Source: Bacillota bacterium (GTDB lineage Bacteria > Bacillota > Clostridia > Lachnospirales > Lachnospiraceae). Taken from it: a DNA stretch of 64,000 nt. The DNA lies in NCBI GenBank assembly GCA_023435645.1, contig JAEYRK010000053.1:32569-96568 (forward strand). Direction: 5' to 3'. The position numbers and the translations under genes were made by a program. Under the pieces are notes generated by a model that ran no database searches, was not told the origin of the DNA, and saw only the letters and a list, made by a program, of their open reading frames with translations. Positions 57,874 to 64,000 of this stretch are shown one piece after another (within the stretch, counting starts at the first letter, position 1; every line of letters starts with the position of its first letter).

Positions 57874-58371
57874 ATGGAGATTGATATCAGAGCCATGGAA
57901 AAGAAGGATTGGGATAGCGTTGCTGCGATCTTTCAGGAAGGAATTGATCTTAAGACCTCGACCTTTCATCAGGAGGTTCCTTCCTATGAGGTATGGGATG
58001 CTTCCCACACGGCGGATTGCAGGCTGGTAGCAGTTCATGAGAATCAGGTGATTGGCTGGACAGCCCTTACCCCCTATAGCAGCAGGAAGGTATACCGTGG
58101 GGTGGCGGAGCTTGGCATCTATATTAAGTCGGAATACCGTGGACAGAAGGTAGGAGAGAGGCTCCTAAGGGCACTGATTGAAGAATCCGAAAAGCAGGGT
58201 TATTGGACACTGCAGGCCGGTATCTTTGAAATTAATCAGGCAAGCATTGCCCTTCATGAGAAGGTGGGCTTTCGTATGGTGGGCTATCGGGAGAGGATTG
58301 GGAAGGACAATAACGGAGTCTGGCAGAATATCGTATTAATGGAGAGAAGAAGCTCACGGACAGGAATATAG
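57874..58371 (+). CDS. GNAT N-acetyltransferase (phosphinothricin/methionine-sulfoximine acetyltransferase-like)
   Basis: Acetyl-CoA motif RGQKVGERLL. Size and sequence are typical of the PAT subfamily. Start taken at MEIDIRAMEKKDW. Confidence 0.88.
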   Translation: MEIDIRAMEKKDWDSVAAIFQEGIDLKTSTFHQEVPSYEVWDASHTADCRLVAVHENQVIGWTALTPYSSRKVYRGVAELGIYIKSEYRGQKVGERLLRALIEESEKQGYWTLQAGIFEINQASIALHEKVGFRMVGYRERIGKDNNGVWQNIVLMERRSSRTGI

Positions 58372-58387
58372 TTCTAATTCAACGGGG

Positions 58388-58512
58388 TTGCTCAGCCATT
58401 CCTGACAGCAGGAAGGTGGTTCAGCCATTTCTAACAGCAGGGTCTGTTTTAAAACTCCAAATCTCTCACACGGAATGAGTGTTTGGGAATAGGAGTTTTG
58501 AAACAGACCCTG
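58388..58512 (+). repeat. Dispersed intergenic repeat, copy B: two 25-nt direct repeats followed by a 21-bp-stem hairpin
   Basis: Direct repeats at 58388-412 and 58417-441. Stem CAGGGTCTGTTTTAAAACTCC (58438-58) pairs with GGAGTTTTGAAACAGACCCTG (58492-512). Confidence 0.8.
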
Positions 58513-58558
58513 ATCAGTAATATTGGCATGATGATTAACAAAGGAATGATCAAACGAT

Positions 58559-59257
58559 CTAACAAATAAACTTCGGCTTTACAAAGGTGATCCCCGCGTC
58601 CAGAGTGCGGTCAATGATCTCCTGGAAATAACCAGGAACCAGCTCCTCCGTATAATCATGATCATGAATTAAGATGATATGATGTGCGTCAGGGTCCTGC
58701 AAGCTTCCTCCATTGGCAGGCTTCGGGTCAGCGATATGCTCCATGACCATCGGATAGGAGAAGGTGCTGTCAAAATGAAGACGGTATTCCTCATAATCGA
58801 AGGTCCAGAAGGTATCATAATCCTTGTCCAGCTTTTCCTCAAAAAACCAATCATAGGTAATTGGGATGCAGTCCAGTCTGCAAAAGCCATGGGAAGCCAG
58901 ATATTCCTGGAGCGCCGCTCTGTTCTCACCACCCTTATCACCGTAAGGGAAACGGAAAATCTTAACCTCGCGTTTTACACCGGCTTCTTTATAGAGGGCA
59001 TTTATTACCTCTTCCTGACGTTCAATTTCCTCAATACATTGTTCTAAGGAAATCTTCGAAAAATATGGATGGGAATAGGTGTGGTTTCCGATATATGCTC
59101 CCTTCTGTATCGCATAGATGGCATGTTCTCTAGCTTCCTCCACCCGTTCACCCCAGAAGAACATAACAGGTATGATATCCTTTTCAAGAAGATAATCCAG
59201 GATCTTTTTCGTATTCTTAGAAGGACCGTCATCAATGGTCAAATATGCAGTGCTCAT
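58559..59257 (-). CDS. Polysaccharide deacetylase (NodB homology domain)
   Basis: TIDDGP and NHTYSHP motifs. Start taken at MSTAYLTIDDGP. Confidence 0.88.
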   Translation of the reverse strand: MSTAYLTIDDGPSKNTKKILDYLLEKDIIPVMFFWGERVEEAREHAIYAIQKGAYIGNHTYSHPYFSKISLEQCIEEIERQEEVINALYKEAGVKREVKIFRFPYGDKGGENRAALQEYLASHGFCRLDCIPITYDWFFEEKLDKDYDTFWTFDYEEYRLHFDSTFSYPMVMEHIADPKPANGGSLQDPDAHHIILIHDHDYTEELVPGYFQEIIDRTLDAGITFVKPKFIC

Positions 59258-59330
59258 AACCCCCACTTCCTTTCGTTTAGTGACCATATCATATCATATT
59301 TTCACAGAGAATTCCAGAACACTTTAACAG

Positions 59331-59624
59331 CTAGGAAACGAATGCACAAATGAGTGATATCACTGATATACATAGAGAGACCAAAGTAATACCAACAAAA
59401 AATATGATCATCTTTCGTATGGTTATAATATCCTTCGCTTGCTTCGCCAATAGAGCGGTATTGATCTCATCCGAAGAAAGCTCACTGTCATAGATCAGAT
59501 AAGCCCGTCCATCCTTTCGGTATATCTCATCTTCACCGTACTGGTCTGCGGCATTCTCATTCAGATATTTTTCTTTGTGTATCCCCAAGTCGATTAAATT
59601 AACCTTTAAATCTTTTTTTGTCAT
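59331..59624 (-). CDS. Small tail-anchored membrane protein, hypothetical
   Basis: 97 aa with a single C-terminal TM helix (MIIFFVGITLVSLCISVISLICAFV). TAGGAG SD. Confidence 0.6.
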   Translation of the reverse strand: MTKKDLKVNLIDLGIHKEKYLNENAADQYGEDEIYRKDGRAYLIYDSELSSDEINTALLAKQAKDIITIRKMIIFFVGITLVSLCISVISLICAFVS

Positions 59625-59801
59625 AGTAAGCTCCTAAACTGGAAAATTTTATTACATTTGTAGTAATTTATACCATTATATGACATTGCCAATGTTATTT
59701 CAACAGCTATCATTAAGATGGATGTAAAAAATATATTAAGATTGTATGATGCGGATAGTAAAGAGCCGGATAAAAAGTAATCTGAGGTTTAAGAATTGCT
59801 A

Positions 59802-59831
59802 TTGACAAATCCTTGTCCATATGACTATAAT
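59802..59831 (+). promoter_or_regulatory. Near-consensus sigma-A promoter upstream of modA leader
   Basis: TTGACA (59802-07), 18-nt spacer, TATAAT (59826-31). Confidence 0.55.
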
Positions 59832-59919
59832 ACTTTTCAAAATTTGTAATTGCCATCGGATGACAAATTGGCAGAGCTTTATCGGAGCATAAGGGAGTAA
59901 TCGTCATAGTGAATGACAG

Positions 59920-59956
59920 AGGCGTCTTAGAATATTACTAAGGCGCTTTTTTGTTT
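59920..59956 (+). terminator. Intrinsic terminator inside the modA leader (candidate attenuator)
   Basis: Stem AGGCGTCTTAG / CTAAGGCGCT(T) with a 7-nt loop, then TTTTTTGTTT. It ends 60 nt before the modA ATG. Confidence 0.7.
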
Positions 59957-60015
59957 GGATCTGACGGGCTGGCAAGGGTTGGTCCTGAGATAACAAAAGG
60001 AAAGGAGTGGGGAGT

Positions 60016-60798
60016 ATGGTAAAAAGAAGTCAAGGAATGGCAGTATTACTAATGATGCTTGTCATGGTCAGTTTATTTCTGTCCGCATGCAAACACCAGG
60101 GGGATAAGAGGAAGGAGATACTGGTGGGGGCAGCAGCAAGCCTGAAGCATGTGATGGAGCAGATTAAGGAGAATTATGAGAAGAGGGAGGAGGAGATCAC
60201 CCTGGAATTCACCTATGGAAGCTCAGGAACCCTGGAGCAGCAGATTCGCCAGGGGGCACCGATTGATGTATTTCTATCAGCTTCTCTCAAACAGATCCAG
60301 TCCTTAGAGAAGGATCACTACCTGATAGAGGAAACAGTTACGGACCTGATGGAGAACCGGATTGTACTGATCGTTCCATCAGACAGTGGTATTAGCCTAA
60401 GCAGTTTTGAAGAGGTCACCGGTTTATCGAAAATTGCAATCGGGGATCCGGACTCTGTTCCTGCCGGGAAATATGCCTGTGAGGTATTTGACTATTACGG
60501 AGTCCTGGAGGAGGCAAAGAACATAGCAGCCTATGGGAAGGATGTAACAGAGGTGCTTACCTGGGTTAGCTCCGGCAATGTGGAGGCCGGGGTGGTATAT
60601 GCCACGGATGCTGCTTCGACGGATCAGGTTACCGTGGCCTTGGTTGCTCCGGAAGAAAGTCATAGTAAGGTGATTTATCCGGCGGGGGTGGTAGAGGGGT
60701 CAAAGCAGGAGGAAGCAGCAAAGGACTTCCTTCAATATCTGACCTCTGAGGAGGCACAGAGGGTATTTGAGGAATACGGCTTTATTCCGATCGGATAA
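60016..60798 (+). CDS. modA: Molybdate ABC transporter substrate-binding lipoprotein
   Basis: Lipobox LFLSAC and ModA-like sequence (GSSGTLEQQIRQGAPIDVFLSAS, VPAGKYA). Start ATG 60016 after AAGGAAAGGAG. Confidence 0.9.
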   Translation: MVKRSQGMAVLLMMLVMVSLFLSACKHQGDKRKEILVGAAASLKHVMEQIKENYEKREEEITLEFTYGSSGTLEQQIRQGAPIDVFLSASLKQIQSLEKDHYLIEETVTDLMENRIVLIVPSDSGISLSSFEEVTGLSKIAIGDPDSVPAGKYACEVFDYYGVLEEAKNIAAYGKDVTEVLTWVSSGNVEAGVVYATDAASTDQVTVALVAPEESHSKVIYPAGVVEGSKQEEAAKDFLQYLTSEEAQRVFEEYGFIPIG

Positions 60799-60870
60799 TG
60801 CCAGTCCGAGTCAAAGAAAGATTGATAGAACCTGAGGATTTCAGCACTTGAAACGGTAGGAGGAATGAAT

Positions 60871-61563
60871 ATGGATTGGTCACCGTTATGGATTTCATTG
60901 CAGATAGCGATACCGGCAACAGCCATCACCGTATTCCTGGGTATTATCTGTGCCTGGAGGGTATATCGGACAGAGAAGAGACGAAGGAGGATCACGGATG
61001 CAATCCTCACCTTACCTTTGGTACTTCCCCCTACGGTAGCAGGCTTTCTTCTACTGATGCTATTCGGAAAGAAGGGAATTCTCGGAGAACCATTACTTCA
61101 GATGGGAATCCGAGTCGTATTTACAAAAACAGCAGCTGTCATTGCAGCGATAACGATTTCCTTTCCGCTGATGTACCGATCGGCAAAGGCAGCCTTTGAA
61201 CAGGTGGACCATAACCTGGTCCATGCGGCAAGAACGCTGGGAATGCCGGAGCTTAGAATCTTCTGCAGGGTCATCCTGCCACTGGCACTACCCGGCGTGA
61301 TTTCAGGGGGGATCCTCTCCTTCGCCAGGGCGATGGGAGAATTCGGAGCCACATTAATGATTGCCGGGAATATACCGGGAGAAACCCAGACCATGCCCCA
61401 GGCGATCTATATGAGCATACAGGGAGGGAGGACGAAGGAAGCCACCGGTTGGGTAATCCTCCTGATGTTACTTTCCTTTGTCATGATAGTAGGTATGAAT
61501 GCGATGGCACTGCGGAAAATGAAATGGGAGAGGAAACATTATGAGCATAATGATCGAGATTAA
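60871..61563 (+). CDS. modB: Molybdate ABC transporter permease
   Basis: DWSPLWISLQIA N-terminus and the EAA loop (ARTLGMPELRIFCRVILPLALPG). ATG 60871 lies 7 nt after AGGAGG. Confidence 0.92.
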   Translation: MDWSPLWISLQIAIPATAITVFLGIICAWRVYRTEKRRRRITDAILTLPLVLPPTVAGFLLLMLFGKKGILGEPLLQMGIRVVFTKTAAVIAAITISFPLMYRSAKAAFEQVDHNLVHAARTLGMPELRIFCRVILPLALPGVISGGILSFARAMGEFGATLMIAGNIPGETQTMPQAIYMSIQGGRTKEATGWVILLMLLSFVMIVGMNAMALRKMKWERKHYEHNDRD

Positions 61564-62587
61564 AAAACAGTATAAGGAATTTACCCTTGGCATATGCATA
61601 GATGGTAAGGGGGAAGCCTTGGGATTACTGGGAGCCTCCGGCTGTGGTAAGAGCCTGACCCTTAGATGCATTGCCGGGATTATAACACCCGATGAGGGCA
61701 GGATCATCTTGAATGACCGGATTCTCTTTGATTCCTCCCAAGGGATTAATCTTTCGCCAAGACAGAGAAATATCGGGATGCTGTTCCAGAATTATGCGCT
61801 GTTTCCTAATATGACCGTCAAAGAAAATATCGGAATAGGAATACGAAACAGACAGCACCGGAGGGAAGTTATTGCAGATCTGCTGACCACCTTTCGTCTG
61901 GAAGCCTTACAGGATAGATATCCCGGACAGCTGTCAGGTGGAGAGCAACAGAGAACTGCCATGGCCAGGCTGTTAGCTTATGAGCCGGAGGCTCTGCTAC
62001 TGGATGAGCCGTTTACGGCACTTGATTCCTTTCTGAAGGAGGAGCTGCAGCAGGAGCTGACAGGTATGTTAGGAAGGTATGATAAAGATATCATTATGGT
62101 GTCCCACAATAAGGAGGAGCTTTACCGCTTCTGTGAAACAATCGCTGTAATCGAACAGGGACAGCTTTTGGAATATGGTAGTAAAAACAAAATATTTCAT
62201 GCTCCTGAACATCATAGGACAGCAAGACTTACCGGCTGCAGGAATTTATCCCGGGCGGTCAGGAGATCGGAATATGAGGTGGAGGCAATTGACTGGAAAG
62301 CATGTCTGAGAACGGATCGCATCGTGGAGGAGGATATTCGCTATGTGGGCATTCGTCCTGAGGATATGATAGCCGGAGGTTCTGGCAAGGAGAACAGGAT
62401 ACCGGTTTCCTTCAGCCATTTTGTTGAAGGCCCCCGGGAGGTCAGCATAGCGCTTCGGTCAAATGAGCGAAGTGATAGCAGAAGCCTGATTTACTGGACG
62501 ATTCCCCTGCAGGAATGGAGAAGGAGGAGGGGGAAGTACCCAGAGTATATCTACCTGCCGAAGGAACAGATTCTACTCTTAAAATAA
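61541..62587 (+). CDS. modC: Molybdate ABC transporter ATP-binding protein
   Basis: GASGCGKS Walker A, LSGGEQQR, LLLDEPF and a C-terminal TOBE-like extension. It overlaps the modB stop by 23 nt. Confidence 0.9.
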   Translation: MSIMIEIKKQYKEFTLGICIDGKGEALGLLGASGCGKSLTLRCIAGIITPDEGRIILNDRILFDSSQGINLSPRQRNIGMLFQNYALFPNMTVKENIGIGIRNRQHRREVIADLLTTFRLEALQDRYPGQLSGGEQQRTAMARLLAYEPEALLLDEPFTALDSFLKEELQQELTGMLGRYDKDIIMVSHNKEELYRFCETIAVIEQGQLLEYGSKNKIFHAPEHHRTARLTGCRNLSRAVRRSEYEVEAIDWKACLRTDRIVEEDIRYVGIRPEDMIAGGSGKENRIPVSFSHFVEGPREVSIALRSNERSDSRSLIYWTIPLQEWRRRRGKYPEYIYLPKEQILLLK

Positions 62588-62628
62588 GTTAGTAGTGAGA
62601 ATTGTTCAAAAAAATATGAAAAACCCTG

Positions 62629-62679
62629 TGATATTTGACAATTCAATGTATTGAAATATCATTTGCTTGATGCTAGAAT
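62629..62679 (+). promoter_or_regulatory. Two overlapping candidate nifH promoters bracketed by an 8-bp inverted repeat
   Basis: Promoter 1: TTGACA (62635-40), 16-nt spacer, TATCAT (62657-62). Promoter 2: TTGAAA (62651-56), 17-nt spacer, TGcTAGAAT (62671-79). Inverted repeat TGATATTT (62629-36) / AAATATCA (62654-61). Confidence 0.5.
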
Positions 62680-62728
62680 TGCACCTATAGAAATTATTGG
62701 TAATTAATAAATGCAATCAAGTATATGG

Positions 62729-63717
<989 letters not shown>

Positions 63718-63827
63718 AAGGGGAGGTAATTGCGAAGTATCAACAGGATCTGATAATTCTACAGCAGATCGATATTCCGGAGCAGGGATACATCGCAATA
63801 TCTTATATTAAATATGGAGGTGCAAAT

Positions 63828-64000
63828 ATGGTATTAATCAGATCAATCATTCGCCCTGAGAAGGTCGGAACTGTATTATCAGAGCTATTATCTGCCGGCT
63901 TTCCTGCAGTAACCAAGATGGATGTATACGGACGCGGAAAACAGAAGGGGGTTAAGGTAGGGGAAGTATTCTATGATGAGATACCGAAGGAGATGCTTCT
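63828..64000 (+). CDS. nifI1: P-II family nitrogen regulatory protein NifI1 (3' end beyond window)
   Basis: MVLIRSIIRPEKVGTVLSELLSAGFPAVTKMDVYGRGKQKG is a GlnB-like fold with a T-loop. It lies immediately after nifH. GGAGG SD. Confidence 0.85.
   Translation, partial: MVLIRSIIRPEKVGTVLSELLSAGFPAVTKMDVYGRGKQKGVKVGEVFYDEIPKEML

Noticed and set aside
57561-57896. Track ORF of 111 aa on the minus strand.
   Set aside because: It runs antisense across the tRNA-Pro gene, its terminator and the 5' end of the GNAT gene. It has no SD and an implausible composition.
59713-59907. Track ORF of 64 aa on the minus strand in the modA upstream region.
   Set aside because: It has no SD and an odd composition, and it overlaps the consensus promoter and leader on the plus strand. 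Promoter-leader-terminator is the simpler reading of this region.
59838-59956. Identification of the modA leader as a Moco/Tuco riboswitch.
   Set aside because: The genomic context fits. However, I could not find the conserved Moco-motif sequence blocks as I remember them, so I report it only as an unclassified attenuator. An Infernal search with RF01055 would settle this.

Overview
This 64-kb window looks like core chromosome of a low-GC Gram-positive anaerobe, most likely a spore-forming Clostridia or Lachnospiraceae-like organism. The signs are GGAGG Shine-Dalgarno sites, a FabK-type fatty-acid cluster, a type III glutamine synthetase, rubrerythrin, nifH-nifI1 and YtvI/DUF1540/DUF2935 genes. 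I support about 63 protein genes and one tRNA.

Gene order:
- mutY (3' part), an SH3b lipoprotein, and a LysR regulator divergent from leuBCD.
- A small EamA transporter, then a LysM / DUF2935 / DUF1540 trio.
- A YtvI-like permease and PiT plus a DUF47 protein.
- ilvD, ilvB, serC, serA, DUF1015, rubrerythrin and DUF624.
- glnN (type III glutamine synthetase).
- A complete streptococcal-style fatty-acid cluster: fabT-fabH-acpP-fabK-fabD-fabG-fabF-accB-fabZ-accC-accD-accA.
- A C39-like peptidase, a membrane protein and a YbiT-like ABC-F ATPase.
- A YesM/YesN-type two-component system, a ribose-type ABC importer, an SDR dehydrogenase, DhaK, DhaL and an RpiB-like isomerase.
- A Fe-S aldo/keto reductase.
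- An esterase, an HxxxDG acyltransferase, a Zn-ribbon membrane protein and TraX.
- htpG, degV, tRNA-Pro(CGG), a GNAT acetyltransferase and a polysaccharide deacetylase.
- modABC, then nifH and the start of nifI1.

I saw no CRISPR array, transposase, integrase or phage genes.

Most interesting observations:
1. The ~200-nt nifH leader has nested long-range helices and an internal terminator-like hairpin. I cannot assign it to any riboswitch class I know.
2. Promoter-proximal terminator hairpins also precede modABC, glnN and the two-component operon.
3. The TCS / ABC / SDR / DhaKL / RpiB locus has no dhaM gene and matches the D-threitol/erythrulose route.
4. A dispersed ~50-nt repeat occurs in two 3' intergenic regions.
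5. htpG has a perfect CIRCE operator upstream and a Cys4/His4 insertion in its linker.
6. A 58-codon ORF with a strong Shine-Dalgarno site is missing from the ORF track.
7. A perfect FabT-type palindrome sits on the fabT promoter.

All calls rest on reading the sequence and recalling family motifs. I ran no searches, so start codons, promoter calls and RNA folds are hand-derived and provisional.
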